DNA of 63,765 nucleotides, the filler included, from Chrysochromulina tobinii (Eukaryota): NCBI GenBank assembly GCA_001275005.1. It is 5 parts of 5 records of this genome, joined end to end, with 100 filler letters (N's around TTAATTAATTAA, not from the genome) between each part and the next. Parts side by side here need not be neighbours in the genome. Positions count along the whole stretch, not along the records: positions 1 to 18,404 come from JWZX01001197.1; 4 more parts are not named here. One strand, written 5' to 3'. Shown here in pieces: positions 1 through 9,702 of the stretch (the first letter of the stretch is position 1; each line of letters begins with the position of its first letter). The notes beneath the pieces were generated by a model. That model was not told the DNA's origin. It saw only the letters and a list, made by a program, of their open reading frames with translations, and searched no databases. A program made the position numbers and the translations under genes.

Positions 1-60
1 AGAGGGTCCAGGGGTCCAGGGGTCCAGAGGGTCCAGAAAAGGGGTCTAGAGGGTCCAGGG
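1..60. repeat. Degenerate tandem repeat of (A/G)GGGTCCAG units at window start
   Basis: agagggtcca ggggtccagg ggtccagagg gtccag... about 6 imperfect copies; truncated by the window edge. Confidence 0.7.
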
Positions 61-242
61 CGGGACCCTCTCACTCGGGATGTCTCCGACGTTCTTGTTT
101 CACTAGGTCACGTCATTTGTACTGTACTACGAGTTAGTACCGCAGTCAAACAGTGGGGCGAAACACAGGCTAGCACACGGGAGGAGAAGGAGTCTCGAGT
201 CCAGAGAGCTCTCTCTCAGTAAAATGTAATATCTCAGCACAG

Positions 243-887
243 CTACGCAGGCGCGGGCGGGGGCGGCGTTGCCACTGCTGGGAGTTGCGCCAATGTCGCG
301 TCCCAGTCCTCCTGTTCCAGTTTCCCGCACTCGATCAAGACGGGGGCCGCCGCATTGAGCGCCTCGACTCCCTTGGAGAACTCCTCGGTTGCTTTGAGAT
401 CGTCGTCCTCAAGCGCCTCGAGCACCTTCTCCTCGAGTGCGGTGAAGTAGCCGTGCAGCTGCCCCTGCTCAAAGGGCTTGGCGGTAGTGTACTCTGCGAG
501 CACCTCCTCCTGCTTCCTCACGTCGTGCTCGTCCTTCTCCGGATCCTGCCGGACCTTCTCGATGCGCTCCAGCTGCGACTTGATCTCCTTGTCTGTGTAT
601 GCGAGGTCCTTCAGGCATCTGCCGATCCACCTCGGGCAACGCACACCGTCAGTGCGAGAAGGGAGCGCGCGATACGCAACAGAAAAGAAAGGAAGCCGCT
701 GGGTGCGATCAGGGCGAGATTTGCCAGCAGCCACAAGTTTGGGTTGCACGAGTGAAAGTGCACGCGCGGCTGTGCCTCCCGCAGAGCCTTTTGCGGTGCG
801 TTGCAGGACAATTGGTGCACAAGCACACCGGGTGACCGTGCCTGTCTTGACCTTCAGCTGCTTGATGGCTTCCTTGGAGGCGGACAT
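243..887 (-). CDS. TBCA: Tubulin-specific chaperone A (tubulin folding cofactor A); 2 exons (887-829, 618-243)
   Basis: Spliced product reads KQLKVKTGTVTRCLKDLAYTDKEIKSQ...DEHDVRKQEEVLAE, matching the TBCA pattern (LKIKTGVVKRLVKE...D.YDIKKQ.EVL.E); GT..CAG intron 619-828 (210 nt, in frame). Confidence 0.88.
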   Translation of the reverse strand: MSASKEAIKQLKVKTGTVTRCACAPIVLQRTAKGSAGGTAARALSLVQPKLVAAGKSRPDRTQRLPFFSVAYRALPSRTDGVRCPRWIGRCLKDLAYTDKEIKSQLERIEKVRQDPEKDEHDVRKQEEVLAEYTTAKPFEQGQLHGYFTALEEKVLEALEDDDLKATEEFSKGVEALNAAAPVLIECGKLEQEDWDATLAQLPAVATPPPPAPA

Positions 888-1107
888 TCACTGCAGCCGA
901 AAAGCGTCCTGTGCGCAGGGTCGGCTGGGCCGTTGGCGAGAAGGAGTATTGTGAATTCACAGTCGGAATTCGAAAAACTTCAAACCGCGCCGTGTCGGCG
1001 AATCTACCTTGCTTGCTTGAATTACTACCTCAATGGACACCTAGAACTCAATCGCCGTCCATCGTCGCACTGCACCGCAACCTTGTTCTGCAGCAGCACA
1101 CAGACTC

Positions 1108-1175
1108 CTAGCGTGTCCTAGCGTCCTCGCATGTCCTCGCAAGTCGCATGCCCTCGCATGTCCTAGCATGTCCTC
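1108..1175. repeat. Short degenerate ~10-bp tandem repeat (TCCTCGCATG-like)
   Basis: cctagcgtgtcctagcgtcctcgcatgtcctcgcaagtcgcatgccctcgcatgtcctagcatgtcctc. Confidence 0.6.
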
Positions 1176-1560
1176 CGCCTCCGAGAGTCCGACCCCGCGC
1201 AGCACGTCCACCGTGTCGCGTGTGCTCGCCGTACAAGTAGCGCGGCGGCGGGCCGCAGAGCGTCTTCCTTCAATGGAGGGCTACCGGCCTCGTTGCTCTC
1301 GTTGAGCGCGCCGCCGCCAACCTCCACCACTCGTAAGGCGACCTGGCGTTTGCCCGTCGGCGCGCTGTCGGGCGCACGCAGCACGAGCGCCTGTGCCTGC
1401 GGCTGCAGAAAGACGGCCGACATGCCATTCACGCCGCCCGCCGGTACAGCGCGAGCCTGGCAGGCCTCACACGCCTGGTCGAGGCATGGCGAGCGCCGAG
1501 CGACCATTCGAGCGCGCCGTTGGGCGCAATACTGCAACGGAGACGGACAGTAGTACCAGA

Positions 1561-2160
1561 TCAGTCTAGCTCGTCGGGGTACACTGGCTTTGATAGCGGT
1601 ATGATGCTCTTCCTGTCCACGTCGCGCGACAGGGCCTTTCGCATGTCGTAGGCATCCTCCTCACCGCTGTAGTAGCCTATCACCTGGCGGTACAATGAGT
1701 ACCCAAACTTGGTGTACATGTCTATTGCAAGCTGATTGGAGCGGCGCACGAAGAGGTCGACGAAGAAGCCCTTGGCGCGCTCGGACTGCTTTTCGAGCAT
1801 CGTCATCAGCTGTGTTGCCATCCCGAGCCGGCGGTACTCGGGAGGCACAGTGACAGCGGTGACGTGACCGTGCCAAGAGTTGACCTCGTTTTGAAACGAT
1901 TCCGCCTTGCCCAGAATATCTGCGGAGTGGCACCAAAACCAACTGCTCAGACGCGCATCGTGGCATCCAGGAGCGGAGGGGTGTGCGTGCTTACAGCCCA
2001 TCGCTCGGCGGGTCGGCGCCTCGGCGGTGAAGCAGAATTCGGGCCACCGTGCGAGGTACTGCAGGTAGAAGGACATGTTGTACGTCTCGGTGAGCGGATC
2101 CAAGTTCACGTTGTTGAACTTCAGCACGTCGAACGTCGAGAATTGGCGCATCGTGCACAT
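1561..2160 (-). CDS. NAA20: N-alpha-acetyltransferase 20 (NatB catalytic subunit); 2 exons (2160-1995, 1919-1561)
   Basis: FNNVNLDPLTETY..FYLQYLARWPE, HGHVTAVTVPPEYRRLG, FVDLFVRRSN..AI.MY, EDAYDMRKALSRD; removing the GT-AG intron 1920-1994 restores GYILGKAE. Confidence 0.95.
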   Translation of the reverse strand: MCTMRQFSTFDVLKFNNVNLDPLTETYNMSFYLQYLARWPEFCFTAEAPTRRAMGCKHAHPSAPGCHDARLSSWFWCHSADILGKAESFQNEVNSWHGHVTAVTVPPEYRRLGMATQLMTMLEKQSERAKGFFVDLFVRRSNQLAIDMYTKFGYSLYRQVIGYYSGEEDAYDMRKALSRDVDRKSIIPLSKPVYPDELD

Positions 2161-2264
2161 CGCGCTGCCTTCCACACCCTGTGCGGGTGTGATCCCGCAG
2201 GCGCGTGAAAGGCGCGTGAATGGTGGAACTCACATAAAACGTTCGTGCTGCAAACATTACTTAA

Positions 2265-2981
2265 TTACCCTTCAGACGCCCCGTACGGAAGCGGCTTCCC
2301 TGCAGCCAGAGCTTCGAGGGATGACTCGACGACGCGCTCGGGCACGGCGCCGACGAGCGTGCCTGCGAGCTTGCGCTCACTACTGATGAGCGACAGGTGC
2401 GGGATGCCGTCCACGCCGAAGAGGCGCACCAGATCCAGGTTGCGCGGGTCATCCCCGTTGACGACCACAAAGTTGACGCGGCCCTGGTAGTGCGCTTGCA
2501 TCCGCATCATGCTCGGCGCCGCCTCCTTGCACGAGGTGCACCACGGCGCATAGAACTCAACAAGTGTGGGATTGCCGCTAGCCAGCGCGTCCGACAGCGC
2601 TGGCGAGCGTTCCTCCATGCGAGTGAGCAGCGCGACCGGGTTGACCGGGTTGAGCCGCTGCAATGCATATGCGAGCGTCGCTGCGAACGGCGCAGCGATG
2701 GCGAGCGCCACGTTGCGTCGGCGCTGGTCGGGGGTAAGTGTCGGATCGCAGGCTGCGCCATCAGTTGGAACCACAGCCGCTGCAGGTACCGTCGCTGCAA
2801 GAAGTGACAGAGCAGATGGCGGCCGCGGCGTATCGCGCTGAGCCTGCCGCTCGGGCTCCGCGCACATAAGTGGCGGCGCGGCACGGGAGCAAAATGAGAC
2901 TGGCGTGATGGCTAGCTGCCAGGCCGAGGAGCTACCGGCCATGGCCGCCAGAAGCACCTTTTGCACGTGAGTTATCGTCAT
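2265..2981 (-). CDS. Membrane-anchored thioredoxin-like protein, HCF164/TxlA type, probably plastid-targeted
   Basis: N-terminal signal/transit-like peptide, one hydrophobic segment, then PTLVEFYAPWCTSC...VNFVVVNGD...FGVDGIPH thioredoxin fold. Confidence 0.8.
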   Translation of the reverse strand: MTITHVQKVLLAAMAGSSSAWQLAITPVSFCSRAAPPLMCAEPERQAQRDTPRPPSALSLLAATVPAAAVVPTDGAACDPTLTPDQRRRNVALAIAAPFAATLAYALQRLNPVNPVALLTRMEERSPALSDALASGNPTLVEFYAPWCTSCKEAAPSMMRMQAHYQGRVNFVVVNGDDPRNLDLVRLFGVDGIPHLSLISSERKLAGTLVGAVPERVVESSLEALAAGKPLPYGASEG

Positions 2982-3050
2982 CCTGCAAGGGAGTTCCTCA
3001 GACGAGCGCGATCCGCGCCGGGCGACGCCTTCCGCGGCGTTGACCGCCGG

Positions 3051-3214
3051 AAGTTCAAGTCAAGTCAAGTCAAGATGGACCCCCTCCGTCATCTCCGCCT
3101 ACTCCCGTCCTCCCCTGCTGGCTTCCGGAGCACATTCGATAGGCTTCCGTATGGTTGTCTGTTGTTTATGTATAGACTTGACTTGACTTGAAGTTCAAGA
3201 CAAGTCAAGTCAAG
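3051..3214. repeat. (TCAAG)n/(CTTGA)n pentamer repeat cluster in inverted arrangement
   Basis: ttcaagtcaagtcaagtc at 3054-3071; its exact reverse complement gacttgacttgacttgaa at 3175-3192; a further TCAAG run at 3194-3214. Confidence 0.85.
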
Positions 3215-3385
3215 GTGGATCGCCCGTTTTAGGACCCACCACCCAAAATCCTCCCAAAGGGCCCTGCATAGGGGTAGGGGGGTATTCTTTCTGGATTCAC
3301 ACACTATCCCCACCACCTGATTTTGAACGTAATGGCCTGCTCGTCTACTCACGTCACTCTTCCTGGACACCTGGAGTCCCTTTGC

Positions 3386-4606
3386 CTACTTGTACGGGTT
3401 AAACCTGGCCCACGTGGCCTGCACCCTCGCCTCCTGGGCCTCCTCTTGCGCCTCGCGCTCGGCCTGCCTCGCCACATTGCTCGTGAAGGCCGCCGGCAGA
3501 CCCATGGCTTGCATCATCTGCATCGTGCTCATGGTCTCTCCTTGAGGTCCGGCCGCGCCAGCTGAGCGCGGCGGCGGCGGCGGCGGCGGCGGCGCATGAC
3601 GTTGCCATGAGGAAGCGTATGACGGCGGCGGCTGCGCGGGCGCCGCTCTGGGTACGGCGGCCGTCGCGTACGGCGGCGGAGCCGGTGGAGGTATTCCCCG
3701 CGTGGGCGGCGCGAACCATGGCGGCAGCGGCAGCGCACGCCCATCGGCAGGCGCCCAACTCCCTATCCCCATCCCAATCCCTCCCAGCAAGCATGTGGCA
3801 CCTACCACCCCCACACCGCTGGGCAGGTACGTGCCAAATGCTCCAGGCGGATCGACCGGTAAGACCATCGCGGCCGACGTGGCCGGCGGCTCGGGCGGAC
3901 CTTCCGAAGCGTCTCGCACTCGCTCTCGCTCCTCCTGCTTGAGACGCAGCAAGGCGCGCCGGTCATCGAGCGCCCTCTGCCGCTTGCCCTTCTGCTCAGA
4001 CGCAGCGGCGCGGCCCTGCTCCGTCTCGTGGCGCACAGCCGCGTCCTCGGCCCGCCGCTTGGCCACGCTCGCCACGTGCTCCTCGGCCGCCTCGCTCGAC
4101 CGTGCTCCTCGGCGCAGCTCTTCGTGTGACGTACGCTCCCAAGCGAGGCGCGACGCTTCCTGATGCTGGGAGCCCGGCGGTGGTGCAAACTCGGGGTAGG
4201 CGCCGTCGCGGTCAGCAGCGCCCGACTGAAGCTTCTTGAGCTCAAAATCGACTAGCCCGTCCGAGAGCACAGCAACATCTGCCTCGCCGCGAACAATGCG
4301 CTCGTATTGCTCCGCTTTGCGCGCGAGCGCGTCCTTGATGCGCTGGGCCTCATTGAGGCCCTCCGCCGTGTCGGCTGCGCTGCGCTTGGCCACGCCGCTG
4401 TTGCTGGCCAGGCCCAGTGGACCCGCCTTGCGTCGTTCACGCTCGTGCCGCCGCAACTCACCGGCATCGGGACGGTTGAGCCCCTCCTCCGTCGCGAAGA
4501 CGGCCGCACGCAGGTCGATCATGGAGGCCTTGCCGACATCTTCGATCTGCCGCGGCTTTTTGGGTAGGATCGTGCTCTCGGAGATCCAGCCGTACGAGGA
4601 GGACAT
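3386..4606 (-). CDS. CCDC174-like coiled-coil protein with Pro-rich C-terminus
   Basis: N-terminus SYGWISESTILPKK...ASMIDLRAAVF, NSGVAKRSAAD, L.RKAEQYE..., LVDFELK resemble the CCDC174 family. Confidence 0.65.
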   Translation of the reverse strand: MSSSYGWISESTILPKKPRQIEDVGKASMIDLRAAVFATEEGLNRPDAGELRRHERERRKAGPLGLASNSGVAKRSAADTAEGLNEAQRIKDALARKAEQYERIVRGEADVAVLSDGLVDFELKKLQSGAADRDGAYPEFAPPPGSQHQEASRLAWERTSHEELRRGARSSEAAEEHVASVAKRRAEDAAVRHETEQGRAAASEQKGKRQRALDDRRALLRLKQEERERVRDASEGPPEPPATSAAMVLPVDPPGAFGTYLPSGVGVVGATCLLGGIGMGIGSWAPADGRALPLPPWFAPPTRGIPPPAPPPYATAAVPRAAPAQPPPSYASSWQRHAPPPPPPPPRSAGAAGPQGETMSTMQMMQAMGLPAAFTSNVARQAEREAQEEAQEARVQATWARFNPYK

Positions 4607-4642
4607 GAGCCTTCGGATTCACGCACTCCGCGGTGTGAATAT

Positions 4643-4682
4643 GTCAAGTCAAGTTGTCTGTTGAGACTTGACTTGACTTGAA
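4643..4682. repeat. (TCAAG)n/(CTTGA)n pentamer inverted repeat upstream of the CCDC174-like gene
   Basis: gtcaagtcaagt at 4643-4654 and gacttgacttgacttgaa at 4665-4682. Confidence 0.8.
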
Positions 4683-5047
4683 TATGGACCTCGAACGCTT
4701 TTCTCGGACCTGGGGCCTACCGTTCGCGGCAGCGCTGCTACGAACACCACGACATCGAGCTACTACCACAGCAGAAACGCACGCTGCACACACACCGACG
4801 CGAACGATCTCGCGAAGGGCGCGCGATACACACGTGGGACGCCGCGCATACCTCAGCACAACGGCGTCCTAAACGCGGGATACGGACCTTGCGTTACATG
4901 AATGGCCTCGGGAACATGCTGGTCACACTCACGTGAAGACTCAGTGAGACTCGTCAAGTACGATGAAAGAGAGTCAGAGGGGGCTCTCGGTTTGTCTGAT
5001 GCCCCATCACGCAGACCTGCGCTTTGGGTCCACGAGTTGCCCCCGTG

Positions 5048-5118
5048 CAGCACCCCGGCAAAGTGCAGGGCGTGGTTTGATCCCCGAGCAGTGCCTGCAC
5101 TTTGCCCCCGGGGTGCTG
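5048..5118. other. Long GC-rich inverted repeat (hairpin)
   Basis: cagcaccccggcaaagtgcagg (5048-5069) pairs with cctgcactttgcccccggggtgctg (5094-5118), with a 3-nt bulge. Confidence 0.75.
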
Positions 5119-5142
5119 AACGAGCGTACTCGCACCTAGTTT

Positions 5143-6570
5143 TTACTCGGGGCGCTGGATGGCCACGTCTGCGTCACGCTCCTCGAGGAACGGGCCACCT
5201 GGGGCGAGCATGTGCACGCCCCCGTCCGTGCGCTGGAAGGTGGCGGAAGGGTTGGTGGCGCAGCTCTCGCTCGCCGCGTCGTAAATAGTAGAGTGCTCGG
5301 TGGCCAGGATCGCCGTCCCATTGCCACCCATCGGCCGGGGAGTGAGGCCGACTAGGCGGAGCGCGTGGCTGATGCACTTATTGGCACCCACAGCATCGGC
5401 CCAGCAGTCCTCGATCTGGATCAGGCCATCGGTGATGTCTTTCGCCGCGGCGGCGAAGACGTCGGGGGCGCGTTTGAAGCCGCAGTCGAACTTTGTGCCC
5501 GGAGAAGCGAAGCGGCGAAAGATGGAGAACTGCCTGCTAAGTGGGTCTCGGGTCATCGTGAGGGTCGCGACCTTGGAGTTCGCTTTCATCTCTGTGAGCT
5601 CCTTCTTCCACGCCACGATCGCCTTCTCGTTACGTGCAATCGTGCAGTCCGACTCCACCGTGCCGGGCATGTCCTGTGCGGCCGTATTGGCGTTCACCCA
5701 CTGCGGGAACATCTTGACGGTGATCGTGCAGTCGGAGGGAGGGCACACCTCCGCAGGCACGTTTGCACAGATGAGATCGCGGGCGCGGACGAAGTACTCG
5801 CCGAGGTTGTACTTCAGATCTTTGTACATCGAGGGGTCAGTTCCGCTGAGAGTCTTGCTCGGCTTCATGCCGACCGGCTTGCTTCTTGCGATATGGTTGA
5901 TCCTTGTCGTCATCTGATCGTTGCTATTCATGAGCTGGCGGCCAGAGTCCTGGCCGAAAATGGCCTCAGGATACTGGCACCCCTCTACCACGCTGTTCGA
6001 CCACAGCCCAGTGGGGTTCGCGAACGGCTCCCCGAGGTCGAACATGCATGGGTGTGTGTTGAGCGCATCCCCAAAGTCTGTGGTGCCACTTCCATGGTCA
6101 GAGACAATGACGAGCACCTCTGCGCGCTCCGCCGGCGCTTTGGGAGCCACGTGCTGGACCTCAGCGGGGACTGCCTTCATCGGCGCTTTGGGAGCCACGC
6201 GCTGGACTTCAGCGGGGACTGCCTTCATCGGCGCTTTGGGGGCCGCTCGCTGGACTTCAGCGGGGACTGCCTTCATCGGCGCTTTGGGAGCCACGCGCTG
6301 GACTTCAGCGGGAATCGCCTTGAGCGGCGCTTTGGGAGCCACGCGCTGGACTTCAGCGGGAACCGCCTTCAGCGGCGCTTTGGGAGCCATATGCTGGACC
6401 TCAGCGGGAACCGCCTTCAGCGGCGCTTTGGGAGCCACATGCTGGACCTCAGCGGGAACCGCCTTCAGCGGCGCTTTGGGAGCCACATACCGGGGTTCCG
6501 CTTGCAGAAGATTGCTTTTCTCAAGTGGCACGCCGAGGAATGCGAGAATTGTGACCGCGACGACGAGCAT
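5143..6570 (-). CDS. Secreted/type II membrane protein with 16-aa tandem-repeat stem and a sulfotransferase-like domain
   Basis: N-terminal hydrophobic segment; 7+ copies of VAPKAPLKAVPAEVQ(H/R); VLVIVSDHGSGTTDFGDALNTHPCMFDLGEPF resembles the 5'-PSB loop region of Golgi sulfotransferases. Confidence 0.65.
   Translation of the reverse strand: MLVVAVTILAFLGVPLEKSNLLQAEPRYVAPKAPLKAVPAEVQHVAPKAPLKAVPAEVQHMAPKAPLKAVPAEVQRVAPKAPLKAIPAEVQRVAPKAPMKAVPAEVQRAAPKAPMKAVPAEVQRVAPKAPMKAVPAEVQHVAPKAPAERAEVLVIVSDHGSGTTDFGDALNTHPCMFDLGEPFANPTGLWSNSVVEGCQYPEAIFGQDSGRQLMNSNDQMTTRINHIARSKPVGMKPSKTLSGTDPSMYKDLKYNLGEYFVRARDLICANVPAEVCPPSDCTITVKMFPQWVNANTAAQDMPGTVESDCTIARNEKAIVAWKKELTEMKANSKVATLTMTRDPLSRQFSIFRRFASPGTKFDCGFKRAPDVFAAAAKDITDGLIQIEDCWADAVGANKCISHALRLVGLTPRPMGGNGTAILATEHSTIYDAASESCATNPSATFQRTDGGVHMLAPGGPFLEERDADVAIQRPE
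6133..6488. repeat. 48-bp coding tandem repeat, ~7.4 copies
   Basis: cggcgctttgggagccacgcgctggacttcagcggggactgccttcat unit repeated with few substitutions. Confidence 0.95.
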
Positions 6571-6735
6571 TGTGTCCGAGTCCGGATTTGGGACCTTTCA
6601 AAAAATCCATATTAGGGAACAAATTAGGAAGGTCCCAATTAAATGTGACGGTGATTCGAATAGACAGGAGACTTTCCCAGTTGACTTTCTGAAGAAGTAG
6701 ACGGAAGTGGGATGTGAACGTGTACGTGAAGAGGG

Positions 6736-9702
6736 ATGCGACTTGAAGCCCAAAACGGCGCTCAATTTCGTACATCCGCAATGCTGGACGTCCTGTTTCG
6801 ACTCTTCAACCTTGAGGAGGAGGCGCCGCCAGCGAGCAGCTCTGCAGCTCAGCGACTCTCGCATGCGCTCCGGCACAACGAATACTCCGTCCTGTACCTA
6901 TTTGCGCCAGGAGCGCTTGCGGAGGCTGAGTTTGTGGATGCATGTACCGCGCTGCTAGGAGACCCGCCAGTGGATGCCACAGAGCTCAGCTGGCTGTGGA
7001 AGCAGGGCGCGCACGAAGGCCGGCTCAGCTTCGTGCACCTGCGAGAGCTGTGTCTGAACTCAGATCACGCCGCTCCCGTGACCACTATCACCACTCGGTC
7101 CTCGACGCGCGGCTGGCTTGGGTGTGTCGCCGGAAAGGAGGAAGAGCATGCGCCCGCGCCTGAACCTGCGGTGGAATCCGCACCAACCGAGCAGCGCTCG
7201 CCGTCGTACTGGCCGCCTGCGTCGCCACCGCCACGCCATTCCACGTCGTGCGCCTCGACATCGTCGCCCACGGTGCGCGGCCCGGGCGGCGTCGACATCT
7301 TTGCTGGAAGCTTAATGGTCGACCGGCGCCAGTTCCGTCAGGCGATGCTGCGGCTGGGCCTACGGGCCGCGCCACTCGAGATCGACGCACTCTTCGACTC
7401 GATTGCCTCGGACGGGCAGAGTAGCGTGCCGCGGGCGCAGCTGCTCGAGCTCCTGCGCAGCCACCACCCGCGTGACGGCGGGCCCTCGCCGAGCAGCGCG
7501 GCGCGCAAGACGTCGCCGCGGGCCCGCTCACCGCCTCTCCTCGCCTCGCCGCAGCCCGCCGCCACTTCGAGCAGCAGCGGTGGCTACACGGGCCGCGACG
7601 CCGAGGTCGATGAGCGAGCTCTGAAGGGCGCAGACGCGTCAGCCGACGCGCGCGCCGCCGCCGCCGCGCGTGTCGCCGCGGCTGCGCGTCATGCGGCGAC
7701 ATCGCCGCAGCCGCTGTCACCCTCGCCGCGCTCGCAGCAGTGCTCCAGCGGGTTCGCCGACGCAACGGAGGCGCTGGCACAGAGCGCCGCCGCGAGCGCG
7801 GCCGCACGCGTCGCTGCTGCCGCCGCGCGCGCCGCCCAAAGCGCCCAGACGCCACGTCGAGCCGGTATCTGGAGTAGCCAGTCCTGGGGGGTACCGCAAG
7901 CGCACGCGACGCCCTCGACTGCAATGGGTGGCGGCACTCCACGCGCAAGCAGCCCGCGGGGGCACGGAGGCGGCACTCCACGCGCAAGCAGCCCGCGGGG
8001 GCACGGAGGCGGCACACCACGCGCAAGCAGCCCGCGGGGGCACGGAGGCTCGGCACGCGCCGGCGCGCCACGCGCTGGGAATGACGCTTGGGACTCCGCG
8101 CGACGTCCTAATATGGGACTGCTTAACATGGGACTCCCTGATATGGACTCCGCGCGACGCCCGGCAGCCTCTCCGCGGCGACAAGAGCCGCCACCGCAGA
8201 CGCCGCAGATGAATTCGTCAAAGCAGATGGATTCGTCAAAGCAGACGCCGCAGATGAATTCGTCAAAGCAGATGGATTCGTCAAAGCAGACGCCGCAGAT
8301 GAATTCGTCACAGACAAAGCAGTGGGCAACGCCCCTGTCGCCGCCGCCGCCACCTCCGGCCTTCTCGGCCGCGGCCGCGTTTTCGGCCGCTATTGGAGCG
8401 GCGCAGACTCCCGGTGCCCCCGATGCGCCCTCCCCCTCTCTCAGTATACCTGAGCTCAAACTCTACGTGGACGAGTTCGGAAACGAGTGGACGGAGGACC
8501 CAAACGGAGACGCTCCCGCCGCCGACGCTCCCGCTGCTGACGAAGCCCAACGCAGCACGAATCTCCCGAATCTCCCGGCGCCGGTGCGCGGCGAGACGAC
8601 GGCGGCGAGCGTGGCGGTGGCCATCATGGCGGCGGCACCGGCCGAGCATCCGAAGCGAAGCCCAGCACGGCGCCCCGCGCCATCGGAGGAGCCTGATCGA
8701 GAAGCTGTGAGCACAGCGCCCATCAGAGCGCCCCTCTTCGGACTCGGTCCCAATGGAGCACGGCGCGACTTTCGGGTGCGCTCGTCGCCGCAGAGGCGTC
8801 GCGAGTGGACCGAGACGCATCTGTCACGCTCCGCGCGCCTGCACGGCCCGCCTTCGCCCGGCCCGGGCCAATACAACGACATCTCGGCGCTGCACGGCAC
8901 CTTTGCCGCCATTGGCAAAAGGCCGGGGGACCGGAACCAGTCCGCCTGGGGCGCCTCTGGTTCGGGGCGCATGCCGCGCATCTTTTCGGGCGACGTGGCC
9001 AACGCGCCGCAGGGCGGTCCCGGGGAGTACGAGCCACAGTACCCGTCGAAGCCCGTGCTTGCCGTGTCGGCCACGCGCTCGCCCTCGTGGAGGTCGCAGC
9101 GCGGAGACCAATGGGGCGCCAGGGGCGTCCTTGACGAGCGCCAGGCCGTGTTGCCGCTTCGAGAGCCCACCCCCGGCCCGGGTGCGTACTTCACGGACGA
9201 GAACGGCCCGCATCCGGATACGATCCTCGCGTCCAAGGGCCCCTTGGCCGCGCGCCAGGGGCTTGGGAGCGTCGCGTTCCGCTCGGGCTCTGCGCAGCAC
9301 CTCACCCACAATTTCGGGATCAGCAAGGACACGCCCGGCGTCGGCGCGTACGATATTGAGGGAGAGCCGTGCCAGGACGGTTTCGTGCCCGGGGTCGGCG
9401 ATGGGATCACGCGCTCACGCTCAATGCAGAACCTGAGCCTCGCCCCAGGCACGGGCTTCGGCTCCTCCAGGTTCGATCGGTTCAAGATGGTGCACACGAC
9501 GGCCGCGCACGTAGCCCCGGGCACGTACCGTCCCGAAGTGGGCGAGCAAATCGCACGCGAGCGCGCGAAATCAGCAGGTAAGGCGGGCGCCGAGAATTTC
9601 CCCTTTTCGAGCACCACCGTGCGCGACAACTCCATCTTCTCTTCCGCGAAGAAGCTCGCGTGGACGGGCTCTGCCGTTGATGACCCGTACGGCGTGCACT
9701 GA
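6736..9702 (+). CDS. Low-complexity protein with degenerate EF-hand-like N-terminus and C-terminal PGPGxY (SHIPPO/STPG-type) repeats; possibly ciliary
   Basis: 988-aa ORF; motifs SPGPGQY, GGPGEY, TPGPGAY, TPGVGAY, VAPGTY; internal GGGTPRASSPRGH x3 and QTPQMNSSKQMDSSK repeats. Confidence 0.7.
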   Translation: MRLEAQNGAQFRTSAMLDVLFRLFNLEEEAPPASSSAAQRLSHALRHNEYSVLYLFAPGALAEAEFVDACTALLGDPPVDATELSWLWKQGAHEGRLSFVHLRELCLNSDHAAPVTTITTRSSTRGWLGCVAGKEEEHAPAPEPAVESAPTEQRSPSYWPPASPPPRHSTSCASTSSPTVRGPGGVDIFAGSLMVDRRQFRQAMLRLGLRAAPLEIDALFDSIASDGQSSVPRAQLLELLRSHHPRDGGPSPSSAARKTSPRARSPPLLASPQPAATSSSSGGYTGRDAEVDERALKGADASADARAAAAARVAAAARHAATSPQPLSPSPRSQQCSSGFADATEALAQSAAASAAARVAAAAARAAQSAQTPRRAGIWSSQSWGVPQAHATPSTAMGGGTPRASSPRGHGGGTPRASSPRGHGGGTPRASSPRGHGGSARAGAPRAGNDAWDSARRPNMGLLNMGLPDMDSARRPAASPRRQEPPPQTPQMNSSKQMDSSKQTPQMNSSKQMDSSKQTPQMNSSQTKQWATPLSPPPPPPAFSAAAAFSAAIGAAQTPGAPDAPSPSLSIPELKLYVDEFGNEWTEDPNGDAPAADAPAADEAQRSTNLPNLPAPVRGETTAASVAVAIMAAAPAEHPKRSPARRPAPSEEPDREAVSTAPIRAPLFGLGPNGARRDFRVRSSPQRRREWTETHLSRSARLHGPPSPGPGQYNDISALHGTFAAIGKRPGDRNQSAWGASGSGRMPRIFSGDVANAPQGGPGEYEPQYPSKPVLAVSATRSPSWRSQRGDQWGARGVLDERQAVLPLREPTPGPGAYFTDENGPHPDTILASKGPLAARQGLGSVAFRSGSAQHLTHNFGISKDTPGVGAYDIEGEPCQDGFVPGVGDGITRSRSMQNLSLAPGTGFGSSRFDRFKMVHTTAAHVAPGTYRPEVGEQIARERAKSAGKAGAENFPFSSTTVRDNSIFSSAKKLAWTGSAVDDPYGVH

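Noticed and set aside
1163..1553. Small ORFs between TBCA and NAA20
   Set aside because: No recognisable motif and no clear coding strand
6133..6488. 48-bp array as CRISPR
   Set aside because: Contiguous in-frame coding repeat with no spacers
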